64,000 nt of DNA from Hormiphora californensis (lineage: Eukaryota > Animalia > Ctenophora), in NCBI GenBank assembly GCA_020137815.1, contig CM035352.1:1240001-1304000 (forward strand), in the 5' to 3' direction. The position numbers and the translations under genes were made by a program. Under the pieces are notes generated by a model that saw only the letters and a list, made by a program, of their open reading frames with translations, had not been told where the DNA came from and did not search any database. Of this stretch, positions 10,989 through 21,966 are shown piece by piece (position 1 is the first letter of the stretch; every line of letters starts with the position of its first letter).

Positions 10989-13900
10989 TTTGTGTCAATT
11001 AAACGTGAGCGGTCTTAGTCCCCAATCTGCAATTGCAGTAGATCGTTTATGCTATACAAGACGTATTAGCATACTCGCCTTGCAGGAGGTGGGAACCTCA
11101 CCTGCTGTTAACACATTCACTAATATGAAGACCTTTGGAGTTTCTGCCGACCGGGGAGTATCACTCTCCATAAACCCTGATTTAAAGCCACAGCGCATCC
11201 ACAAACTTGAATCCGCCCTAGTTGGTGCTGTCTTCGCAACCATCCAGATCGACAACAAGCCATTGATGGTAGGATCTGTCTACCGTTCCCCCAGCAACAG
11301 TTTATCTCCACTTCTCGATGTTATCAGAAATGCTTGGGCGCTCTGTAAATCCTCTGGCATCCGTTCTTTACTTGTTCTTGGAGATCTAAATGCACGATGC
11401 ATTCCCCTAGGTGACAAGCAAACTAATAAGGAGGGAAAACAGCTGCTGGAATTTTGTGACACGGAAAAGTGTGTAGCCCTTTCGCCCGGTAGAAATACAT
11501 TTCTTTGTAGCAACGGGGGAAGTGTGATTGACATAGGACTTATGTTCGGGAATGCTGGCATCCAGCAGCACCCTTGGGTTGACGAAGAGGCGGCCTACAC
11601 CCTTTTTACAGGGTTCCCATCGCGTGGTCACGCCCCAGTTTTTACAGAAATGAATTTCCAGAACTCAAGAGCCTCAAAAAGAGAGGTACCTGATCTCGCC
11701 AGAACTGACTGGAAGCTCTGGTCCCTTGAAGTTGAGAGTGTACTTTGTGAACATCCTCCATCTGTTACTGAATCTCCTGACAGTATGCTTCGCAACTTTT
11801 TAGACTGTTTAAAATCTTCCAACGAGAGCCACATCCCAACAAAGACCATTTGCAAACATTCCCGGCCATTTTGGACTCCTGAATTGTCAGAGTTGTCTGT
11901 AAAACTCAGAGATGCTCAGAAAAGGCTGCGCTATAGAAGAACTAATATCAACAAAGAAGCAGTGGAGCAAGCCAAAGATATTTTCAAGGAGGCGCTGATT
12001 AAGAAGAAAAACGAGTGGATTCACCAGCGACTAAACGGTCTCAATGTCCAAGAATGCAGTGAATTCTGGGAGCAATATCGCAGAATGTTCCTTGCCAAAG
12101 AGGAGAATACTATTGGATGTTTAGAAAACCAAAACGGAGATCTTCTGCACCTTGACTCTGAAAAAGATCTCATCCTCTTTGATGCCTACTTTACTGGTAA
12201 ACACCTACAAGGTGAGGATTTTGACGATGTTCACCTCGACGGAATAACTGAGGATTATGCTCGTTTGAAGAACGAGATAGAGGATGACGATCATCACGAC
12301 CCGGAGGATCAACTCAATCGCCCAGTAGCCGCCGACGAAGTATCAGCAGCCATCAGCTCTATGAAAGCGAGTGGTAAAGCCTGGGACGGAGATGGTATCC
12401 ACCCAACCATGCTGAAACACCTTCGCCACAGAACTGTACAGTACTTAGCCGATATGTTTTCGAGATGCCTAAAGCTGGGTCGATGGCTGTGGAACTCTTC
12501 CTACGTTACATTCATCCAGAAACCTGGAAAGTCGTCCTATGTAAAACCAGGTTCCTTCCGACCCATCACAATATCATCGTACATCGGAAAGATGCTTGAA
12601 AGGGTTATGGACAAAAGAATTAAAGATCTTTGCGCCATGGAATCAATACCAGATGAGGAACAAGAGGGCTTCCTACCGGCACGAAACACCACTCGCTATC
12701 TCTTCAAGCTGCTATCGACCGTTCATGAAACACGCAGAAGAAAGCTGACAGCCTTTCTGTTGTGTATAGATTTCCAAAAAGCTTTTGACTCAGTTCCCCA
12801 TGAATGTTTGATTGTGAAGCTCCATAAACTTGGAATCAATGGAATGCTGTTGAACCTTATCGACAACATGCTTTCACAAAGAAGTGTTCGTTTGAAGATC
12901 AATGGAGTTCTTGGCCCACTCCGTAGGTGTGGAAGAGTAGGCCTTCCCCAGGGGGCAGTCCTCTCTCCAATCCTATTCATTCTCTACATCTCTGACTTAC
13001 TCTGCACCAAAAATCTGCCGGAGGAGGTGAGATGTAGGACTGAAGCATTCAAGTTCGCCGACGACGGATCTGTGTTGGTTTTTGGAGACCAGACTCAATG
13101 CGAGAGAACTATGGCAATAGTTTTGGACTACATTCACAACTGGTGTCGGAAGTGGAGACTAGCGGTGAACTGTGATAGAAATAAAACAGAGATTGTCATC
13201 ATCAGACCAAGGGGTTCATCAGATGATAGTGCATCACCTCAGCAACTGAAGATTGGAAATAAAGTTGTCTCTTTTGCCAAGAATAGTAAAGTCCTTGGGG
13301 TTTACATTGATAGTAACCTAAATTTCATGACTCATGCTGCTGATGTACTGAAAAGATGCTGGTTTAACTGGAACACATTAACCTCAATGACTGGTCGACT
13401 GACAGGGATTAACAGTTCGGGGCTTTCGCTACTATTCAGAACAGTAATCTTGACAAAGATCCTTTATGCAGCACCAGTTTGGTTAAGACAGCGAACGGAC
13501 TTCTTCGGAGATCTTCTTTCCCGAGCACGGCTGAAGATAACAGGGGGACAAGTTCACATAGCCAAACCTCTGTCAGAACTCCTAGCATGCGTGCCTCCTA
13601 TTGACGTTCTTGTGGAAACAGTGGTAACCAAATTTGTCCTAAAAGGCCTTGCAGCTAAAGATAATATATCAGCTAAACTACTACAAATTGAAGCGGAACA
13701 AAATCATGTGTTCTTCTGGCAGATTGCTGCTACCAAAAGATATTTGGTTTGGAAGTCGACTCAACTAGACGGTGTCCAGATCCAGGATTCTAACAGAGAT
13801 TCAATCAGAACTATTAACTTGGGAAGTTTAGAGCCGGACACTTTCCTGTACTCAAAAGAGGAAATGAGACAGTACACATGTAGTTTATGGGACCGGTCAC

Positions 13901-14373
13901 TCAAATCATCGATTAACCATTTGACTCGAGATGACCCTTTCAGCATACTTCCTATTCACTCTCAAGAAGAACTCGCCAACCTTATCAACTCAGAGGCCAC
14001 TTTGGATTTCCCCATAATTCCAAGAAACATGTCCCGACAGAACTCATCTCAGGTCTTAGACTTTGTACATGGCAGATCCTTACGTTTTCAAGACTTCAGC
14101 TTCAGTTACCTGAGATACGAGCGATCACTTACAGTTCCCAACTGTCTTGAATGTGGCCAACTCCCAGATTCAACATTCCACAAGTTGTTTGAATGTTCTG
14201 CGATAAAAGATGTGGAAGGGCCCCGTGAGGAACTAAGGGTGATATCTTCTTATGAAATGAACTTCCATCTTCCACTAATTTTCTCCAAAGACAAGCAGGT
14301 AAAATCGAACTTTAGAAAGCTAGTAAGAGCTGTAATAGAACAATCTTTATTTGGGGATCAACTGCTTGTGTAA
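10981..14373 (+). CDS. LINE ORF2: AP endonuclease, reverse transcriptase and C-terminal CCHC
   Basis: APE motifs QLNVSGL, ALQE, SVYRSP, GDLNAR, SVID; RT motifs FRPITI, QEGF, IDFQKAFDSV, GLPQGAVLSPILF, FADD, LGV; C-terminal CLECGQLPDSTFHKLFEC. Confidence 0.95.
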   Translation: MVSLCQLNVSGLSPQSAIAVDRLCYTRRISILALQEVGTSPAVNTFTNMKTFGVSADRGVSLSINPDLKPQRIHKLESALVGAVFATIQIDNKPLMVGSVYRSPSNSLSPLLDVIRNAWALCKSSGIRSLLVLGDLNARCIPLGDKQTNKEGKQLLEFCDTEKCVALSPGRNTFLCSNGGSVIDIGLMFGNAGIQQHPWVDEEAAYTLFTGFPSRGHAPVFTEMNFQNSRASKREVPDLARTDWKLWSLEVESVLCEHPPSVTESPDSMLRNFLDCLKSSNESHIPTKTICKHSRPFWTPELSELSVKLRDAQKRLRYRRTNINKEAVEQAKDIFKEALIKKKNEWIHQRLNGLNVQECSEFWEQYRRMFLAKEENTIGCLENQNGDLLHLDSEKDLILFDAYFTGKHLQGEDFDDVHLDGITEDYARLKNEIEDDDHHDPEDQLNRPVAADEVSAAISSMKASGKAWDGDGIHPTMLKHLRHRTVQYLADMFSRCLKLGRWLWNSSYVTFIQKPGKSSYVKPGSFRPITISSYIGKMLERVMDKRIKDLCAMESIPDEEQEGFLPARNTTRYLFKLLSTVHETRRRKLTAFLLCIDFQKAFDSVPHECLIVKLHKLGINGMLLNLIDNMLSQRSVRLKINGVLGPLRRCGRVGLPQGAVLSPILFILYISDLLCTKNLPEEVRCRTEAFKFADDGSVLVFGDQTQCERTMAIVLDYIHNWCRKWRLAVNCDRNKTEIVIIRPRGSSDDSASPQQLKIGNKVVSFAKNSKVLGVYIDSNLNFMTHAADVLKRCWFNWNTLTSMTGRLTGINSSGLSLLFRTVILTKILYAAPVWLRQRTDFFGDLLSRARLKITGGQVHIAKPLSELLACVPPIDVLVETVVTKFVLKGLAAKDNISAKLLQIEAEQNHVFFWQIAATKRYLVWKSTQLDGVQIQDSNRDSIRTINLGSLEPDTFLYSKEEMRQYTCSLWDRSLKSSINHLTRDDPFSILPIHSQEELANLINSEATLDFPIIPRNMSRQNSSQVLDFVHGRSLRFQDFSFSYLRYERSLTVPNCLECGQLPDSTFHKLFECSAIKDVEGPREELRVISSYEMNFHLPLIFSKDKQVKSNFRKLVRAVIEQSLFGDQLLV

Positions 14374-14680
14374 TGGGTTTATATTCTAATCAATTGTAAA
14401 TGTATAACTGACCAGCCCGAGACGTACACACTGTGTACGAATCGCACTCCACGGAGTGAATTTTTAACTAACTTATTTAATCAATTTACAATATATTTTA
14501 ATCATTATCTAATCAGTATTTTAATCGACATTTTATATTTTTTTGTATGATCTGACAGCTGAGAAAGTGTGAAAGAGACCTAGAGAGTTCCATTTTCCTC
14601 GCAAATAGGAGGGCAATATTGACAGTGTCAAATTATTGTAAACAGATTTAATAATAATAATAATGTGCTGCGTGAGAGAG

Positions 14681-15920
14681 TATTGCTGCACCTAAATTAT
14701 GGAATCAGCTACCACGATCAATCCGGGACTCAGAATCCCTTACTACTTTTAAAACATCCCTGAAGACGCACTTGTTCTTTAGAGCATACAACCAATGATC
14801 GGCAAAATAATCCTCACTTCCCTACATTTGGTACATCCACATGGATTCCTGAGTAACTACTGTCTCCAACTCCTATTCTTGATTCCTGGGCTCCATTTTT
14901 CTCGTGTATTCCTTCAAATCGATACCTGGGTCCTCTACTCCTACCTCCTCCACATCGATTCCTGGGTCCTTTACTCCTACCTCCTCCACATCGATCCCTG
15001 GGTCCTCTACTCCTACCTCCTCCACATCGATTCCTGGGTCCTTTCCCTACCTTGCTCCACATCGATCCCTGGGTCTTTTCCCAACCTCCTGGCTCCTTCA
15101 CATCGATCCCTGGATCTTTTACTCCTACCTCCTCCACATCGATTCCTGGGTCCTTTCCCTACCTTGCTCCACATCGATCCCTGGGTCCTCTACTTCTACC
15201 TCCTCCACATCGATCCCTGGGTCCTTTACTCCTACCTCCTCCACATCGATCCCTGGGTCCTTTACTCCTACCTCCTCCACATCGATTCCTGGGTCCTTTC
15301 CCTACCTTGCTCCACATCGATCCCTGGGTCTTTTCCCAACCTCCTTCACATCGATCCCTGGGTCCTTTACTCCTACCTCCTCCACCTCGATTCCTGGGTC
15401 CTTTCCCTACCTTGCTCCACATCGATCCCTGGGTCCTCTACTCCTACCTGCTCCACATCGATCCCTGGGTCCTTTACTCCTACCTCCTCCACATCGATCC
15501 CTGGGTCCTTTACTCCTACCTTGCTCCTCATCGATCCCTGGGTCCTTTACTCCTACCTCCTCCACATCGATCCCTGGGTCCTTTTCCTTGCGCTGCTCCA
15601 TATCGAGCACATCCTCATTCCTCATTCTACAAACTATCTACAACATCCCTTCTACACGCTACTCATCACTTGTTATCACGACAGTTTATTGATTCTGTTT
15701 TTTGTACATACAATGTGATATTGAAGAGTGTTTGAATTAGACGAGATAACCCAGCTAGAGGTAGCTACGGGCGGAAACGTCCGCATGTTGGACATATTTA
15801 TTTTAATACTTGTGAACCAATATGTTTAGTGTAATAGCGGGGTGTCAATAATTACATTTATTTAATTTATTGACATTATAAATATAATTTTAATCTTGTA
15901 ATCTTGTAATCTTGTAATCT
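14681..15920 (+). mobile_element. 5'-truncated L2/CR1-group LINE: last ORF2 codons plus 3' UTR
   Basis: 14682-14798 reads IAAPKLWNQLPRSIRDSESLTTFKTSLKTHLFFRAYNQ*, the typical L2-type ORF2 C-terminus. (TAATCTTG)n at 15891-15920 may be its tail or that of an opposite-strand element. Confidence 0.7.
14918..15600. repeat. Minisatellite with a ~35-36-bp unit, CACATCGATCCCTGGGTCCTTTACTCCTACCTCCTC
   Basis: About 19 variant copies; it explains the overlapping repetitive ORFs at 14795-15735. Confidence 0.95.
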
Positions 15921-16173
15921 TTTTCCGAGCCTCAAATTTGAGGTCCGTGCACTTGCAGTTTATACCAATACCCAAATAAATTGCAACCGACTATAACGCT
16001 CACAATGAACACCACTTGAGTATGGAGTTGCTGTTCGCTTGGGCAGGATAGCTGTCTCAACACATACGGGGGGGGGGCTTACATATTAATCACGTGTTGA
16101 AAGAGGTAGCATTTTCTTGCGATATTCGACCGTCTCTTTAAAGAAGGGTTATGGAAAAAATATTTTATAGACA

Positions 16174-19100
16174 ATGGTGAAAGGGAAACCGAGCAAGGAC
16201 AGGCCCCGATCTTCTGGTGAGTGTCGCACATCTTTTTTATGTTTGTTATCCCTGAACTGCAGCACACACGAAGCCCTTTTGCAGCTAACAGACGAAAGAA
16301 AGCAGGTTCACCTGATGGATCGGATACGCCCATAGAGAATCAGCTGGTCAACCTTGAGAGTTATCAGCAGCCCCCGATAATCGATGTTATACGAGGTCCA
16401 AATGTTGACAGTCTCCAGATTACAGAATCTGACATGAAGTCGGTAAGTATAGCCATCAAATAATCTGTCTTTAACCTTGATGTGAAGTTTACTGATTCGT
16501 CATCTGTATATTTAGCTGCGTCCAGAAAAGAAGCAAGAGATGCCGAGGGAAAAGAAGGTGGTTGAAGTCAGGAAAAAGAAGATGGTTTCCAATGCGCCCA
16601 AGAAAATGTAAGAACTCCAAAGAATGGCTATATCACACTTGTTACTTTCGTAACCCTCGCTTCGCACCGGGCCGGAGGGTCGCGTAATCTGACAATATCA
16701 CACAGGCATATTTTTTCTTCTCCTTCTTATGAGTGCCAGGTTGCATTATATATATGTTTCTATACCTCCTCTATACCTCCTCTAAATATATATTCTCTAC
16801 AGTGTGACTGTACTAAAAAAGGTAGATAAAGAGCTGCCGGATGTTGCTGTTGCCAGTTCTGGTCCGAGATTTACCGGTGATGGAGAGATACTTCCTTACT
16901 CTATCCTGGGATCAGTCAGCGATTACAAACAGGCAACTGCCGCTACAGGCTATACGGTGTGTGCTATTTGTTTTTAACAGCCCATTTATAATTTGTATGT
17001 GAGAGTGTAGCATAGAGTATAACAAGTTTAAGTGCTACTTAAACTTTTTCCGTAGCGTCTAGGCATTAGTTGTTCAACAATATCAAGTAAATATGTCAAA
17101 TTGTGGGCATGCTGTGCCGTTACGTTATTATCATATTTCCTTGCAGGGTCTTATTGACACCGCTGTGTTCCAAGTAAGGGTGTTTGGGAATTTCTCCGTT
17201 ATTTTCAAAAAACAATTGCATGTTGATCGCTGTTGCTGTATCTTTTTAATTCTCTGGATCAGCTGTGTAGGGCTGACCCCTCTACATGTCTTTTGAATTC
17301 TTCAAAAATAACGCCCTTCTTCTCCAACGCTTGCCTTGCTCGACCCTCTCTCTCCGCTGTATTTAAAGAGAGGTTAAAATAATAACAATCCAACGCTTCC
17401 ATTATATATCAAACTAAAACCCCCATTCTCTAGGCGTTATCAAAGGCTCCTCAGCCTGTCTATGTGGAGCCATGTGTACCGGATGAGACAGAGACGAGCA
17501 AGGAGGGTCACGCTCTTCAAAACTGGGAGAAGCAACTTGAAGCAGCACTCTAAACAAATGTCCCAACTGTCCCAACAAGTTGGACGGTCTCCCAGCTTCT
17601 CTCCTGATGAATAGGACCAGGGAGTACAGGATGAAGCAGGAGGAGAGAGGAATCATAGACCGTGCTATACCTGCTCTTGATAGGGGCAAGGGATGTAAGT
17701 TCCGTTTGAGAATATCATTTTATTCGCCATCCAAAAACATATTATAGATAGTACTTGCTACTTATAATAGACCAGTGACCACATATTTGATTTTAGTACT
17801 TGATCATAAAAGCAAGCTGTACGTTGTAGCTGATGAAAGTTTTAAAACTCTCTCTCTCTCAGTCCGGGTTGGAAGTGAGTTCTGGAGTCAGCCTCAGTAC
17901 ATTGGAGATCCTGACTCTGCTGTTGTCATGACACTCAACCGGAGCGAACAGGGCCAATTCCCCGAAATGGAGAAGATCGGGCTACCAAACTGGAGCGGTA
18001 AGAACCCAACCCGGGCCCTTTACACAGGTTCAAGGGGGGTTCAAGACCTCTCTCTCTCTGTAGAAGCCGCCGCATATGCAGCGAGTTTCGTGAAATGATT
18101 AAAAGCGATAGACAAGTTTCCATATATTTTCATAATTCCCCCAAGTGTTTTACAATTTCCCCACAGAAAACATGTCCCAAGGACACATGTACCCATGGAA
18201 GCGGAACAAGTTTTTTGAGAAACGCCGAAAAGAACTTAGTGATGTTATTACAGAACAAGAACCTTTCAATCCGGTCAGTATGAGTTATGTAGTGTGTGAT
18301 GTATGCTATGAGGCTAGGATCAGATAATATTTCTAGAGATCTATCTGAGTATCTAATCCTATAAGTGGAAATGAAAACATGGGAATTACTTCACAAAATG
18401 GCCCTTTTTACCATACTTCCCTGGACTAATTGGACTAATTGGCTAATGAGTCCTCGAACTGTTCTGATATAATTATTGTTTCAGGAGTTTGATGGTCTAT
18501 GTATAGTTGGGAAAAGAGAACTTGCTGAAGCTAAACCGATTACACCTGTTCCCTCTGTTACCCGCACTGACCCGTAAGATTTTCTACCAATAGTTTAGTA
18601 GTTTGTATCCCCTAGTTTGTATCCTGGATCGATTGAGCTCTCTCGTGTGAATCGACTACTCACATTGATCCCCTATCACCTCTCCATATTTCAGACCGAC
18701 AAGACCTGCCACACCCCGGTGCGAGGGAAAGATTGAGACGGGGCCGAAATTAGAAATCAATGGCCAGGAGTGTAAATGGGGAACTGAAGGGTTCGACCCG
18801 ACTGTCGTTAGGATGCTGTTTAGTAGTGATGCTGGATCCATTTCAAACCAACAAATGACACTGAAGAATACTGGCACTACTGCCATCTTCTTTGCGTGGA
18901 AGGTAAGATTTTGGTTACCAAGTAGCAGCTGGGATAACGGTGTTACCAAGGCAACGAATAATACACGATATAGTTTACAGGTTTTACTATCGAGTAACGG
19001 GTTAATTAACCTGTATTTCTAATACATCTCAGTAACTAAACAACAAATGCTATCTAGTGAATATATCAGTAGTAATCCTCATCTTCATTTCCAGTTGATA

Positions 19101-19947
19101 CCAAAAGAAAACAAACTCAATACTATTATGGAGGGAGATAAACAGCGCTTCTATTTTAGCATCAACGATGGTAGGTCACATTTGTCATTAATTGGGATTC
19201 GGGTTGGCAAGGGAGTTACTTGTTGCTTGAGATTTTGTTGCTGTCCCACACACGGTCACACATTTATGTTGACTCCAATCACATGTTCGTAACGCGCGGG
19301 TTCGATTTCAAAGTTAGGACCGCGCGCAATTTACCGGGAACCATAGCAACCTAGTGTACCGTGGGAAAATCACCATTTCACTTTTCAGGTGTGATATTGC
19401 CCGGGCAGGAGTTGAGTGTGCCCTTTATTTTCCTGAGCAAGCAGGCTGGTATCTACACAGAATCTTGGCAGTTTATCAGCAAGCCTGTCCTGAACAATGG
19501 ATCCCCTATTGTGGTGACACTCAAGGGTGTCGCCCTCAAACGAGATCTTTACAAAGAGGAGAAAGAGAAAATCGAGGTAAATTAAGTCTTTGAAATATCT
19601 CATTGTACTGCTTGAGATTGGAAATGTAAGGTATAATTTCTTATTTTGGGATGTGTTTGTCTTTCCTCAACTAATTCCCCCTTCCCAGGCGATGCTTGAG
19701 AAACGTCAGATCCAATATAACATGTCTCTACTTGTGGAAGAGTTGGTTCGTGGTATTCACAGTCCACCTCCACCCGCCCCACCCACTCCCCCTGGTCCCT
19801 CTGTAGAGGAGAGGTTCGCTGATAACAACCCGTACCTTCACTACCAGTCGGATTATTATAGCGAGGCAGAGGCCCTCTGGGCGGAGGTAGCACCAGAGGG
19901 AGGGGCATGGGATGAAACAATGGCATCTCTTAGAAAGGTAACAGATC

Positions 19948-20032
<85 letters not shown>

Positions 20033-21650
20033 TGATGACTAATATTATGTTTAATGGTCCTTGCTGTTAGGCCACCCTCTCACTTGCCTTGTTCTACCCT
20101 GTCTCGCTACAAATGTAAAAGAGGGCAACATCTCACTACAATTCCAGGCTGTACTCGCGGTACCGCTGGAAGAACAGGAGGAGAAATTAGAGAAGTTCAC
20201 TGCTTTGAGAGAGAAAATGACAGAACCAAGGAGAAAGCCAAACTCGAGTGAAGTTTATGATTTGTGGTAAGTATGGCTAATCTTAACCAGCTATGAGCAA
20301 ATCATGATTGACGCTGTTATTTTTTTGTGTTGATAGCCCCCGACAGTTAGCTATTGTACCCCTTTAAACGGGTTAATTTCAGCTACGGGTGTCTGAGAGC
20401 AGCAGTGGATAACTTTGAGATCCAAGACAAGGCTCTCCGAACGGGTCTAGGAATTGGGGAGAGAGTACACATCGAGGAGCCGCCTCCAATTGAGCCGGAT
20501 ACGACATCAGAGAAAACAGGTAGGTACCAGGACATTTTGTGTGCAGTAGTAGGAACTAGATATAGAACATGTGATCTTCTTGTACTTCACTAGCCTTCTC
20601 TCTTCGTAAGCTCACTCCGAGTCAAGACAAAATACACGGGATTGTAAGTTGGAAGCAGCTATTATAATAGTGATGGTTGCTGTGTTATTGTGGTTACCAT
20701 GGTAACACCCTTCTTACTATGGTAACTCTCTCGTTATCATGGTAGCACCCTCGTTACCATGGTAACACCATCGTATGCGTCGTATTCTTGAGCTGGGATA
20801 TCATGGCTTGCTCGTGAACACAGTGAAGCACCTGAATTCTCTTTACATTGTGCTAACTCGCTATCTCTTTGGGTCGTTCACCGTCGCTAATTGGAAGTAT
20901 CGTGTTGGAAATAGCGGTGTAGCAAACCAATTAAAATTAATTAATTTTGGTGGCTAGATTACTAACACCTCTGTAGCATCTGCTCTAATGTCCCCAGCGC
21001 CAGACAGTAAAAAGGGAAAGAAAACTGCAGACGGAGATAAGAAGAAGGATGCTAAAGCAGCCAAGGTATAGTTTAAAGTGTTACTGTAAAATTTTACAAC
21101 TATATAACAACAACTATATAACAACATATAATATTACAACAAATATAGCCAGGCATCATATAAGGAAGAACTTAATGGTAAGCCTATACATTTTATTCGA
21201 CGAATTCTAACGCTCACAACTCAGCGTCTTCAGGATAAGGGGAAGCCTGCTTCAAAGGGTGGTAAGAAGAGTGAAGCAGCGCTCATTCCTGATGATGATG
21301 AACCCGCACCCAGAAAAGATGTAGGTACCCCCATCCCGTATATATACTAGCTTGTCAAGTTTTCGTACTTCAATTCTTATTTGTTAAGCTGTAGCCACTA
21401 ACCATAGTTCTAGGGGAGATCAATCATGCTCCCCTCACTTGTAATTCCTAGCACTTAGCAGAAAATTGTTACTTTTTAGTAGCTGTATATTTCTAATAAA
21501 TTTCATTGCTTTCAGTGGGTGCCTATATCGGATCCAATTCTAAATGCCAAGTATAACGAGAAGTTACACGTCCTACTGAACAACGTCCTGTCGCAGTGTT
21601 TCGATCAAATATCCCTAGCATTGGAAGAGGAAACTGGGAAGAGTTTTTAA
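16174..21650 (+). CDS. MYCBPAP: MYCBP-associated protein (axonemal central-pair protein), about 17 exons
   Basis: Exon peptides LLMNRTREYRMKQEERGIIDRAIPALDRGKG|VRVGSEFWSQPQYIGD..VMTLNRSEQG; LKNTGTTAIFFAWK; QRFYFSIND|GVILPGQELSVPFIFLSKQAGIYTESWQFISKPVL..VTLKGVA; last exon ..LEEETGKSF*. Start inferred as MVKGKPSKDRPRS. Confidence 0.85.
20693..20766. promoter_or_regulatory. Four X-box-like palindromes at a 20-bp period in a MYCBPAP intron
   Basis: GTTACCATGGTAAC (20693 and 20753), CTTACTATGGTAAC and GTTATCATGGTAGC. Confidence 0.5.
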
Positions 21651-21887
21651 GGGACTCTGTGTTGTGATTTTAAACTTGTTGCAACAGCTCTCAATCAAGA
21701 ACAATTTAGTTCCAGTCAGTTCGTTTTGTGTACAAACATGTAAATAATACGTTTTCAGATTGCAGTGAAACAAGCAGTTATCACCGTGGTATAGAACATA
21801 ATAAAACACCCAGCATCATAGCACTGACAAATACCCCGGGCCCAAAAGGGGCTGTAGGGGACTACAGATTAGTTTCAACATACTGTG

Positions 21888-21966
21888 CCCTGATTGGCTG
21901 ATAACCAGTCACGTGACCTAAATAACGAGTTCTGATTGGTTGTTTACTTGTTTCGGTCGGTTCCTG
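21888..21966. mobile_element. Left-truncated copy of the 109-bp hAT-type MITE, abutting the GPCR stop codon
   Basis: Near-identical to 60421-60499 (CCCTGATTGG..GTCACGTGAC..TTCGGTCGGTTCCTG). Confidence 0.85.

Larger units (their letters stand above)
9491..14663 (+). mobile_element. Intact two-ORF LINE (APE-RT type, I/Jockey-group-like, no RNase H seen) with a (TAA)n tail and a 10-bp TSD
   Basis: TGTGCTGCGT occurs at 9481-9490 and 14664-14673; (TAA)5 lies at ~14649-14663; both ORFs are uninterrupted and overlap by 8 nt. Confidence 0.9.

Noticed and set aside
14795-15735. 200-300-aa repetitive ORFs; CRISPR-like look
   Set aside because: Head-to-tail minisatellite without unique spacers, open in several frames; eukaryotic context and no cas genes.
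15720-15800. Hammerhead ribozyme or Penelope end (..GACGAG..GAAACGT)
   Set aside because: No CTGANGA core in register; the segment fits an L2 3' UTR.
15930-15960. SL RNA gene (AATTTGAG|GT)
   Set aside because: Only a short match inside a palindrome; no leader-like upstream sequence or Sm site.
17130-17370. Antisense coding-like stretch in a MYCBPAP intron
   Set aside because: Broken by stops and no family recognised.
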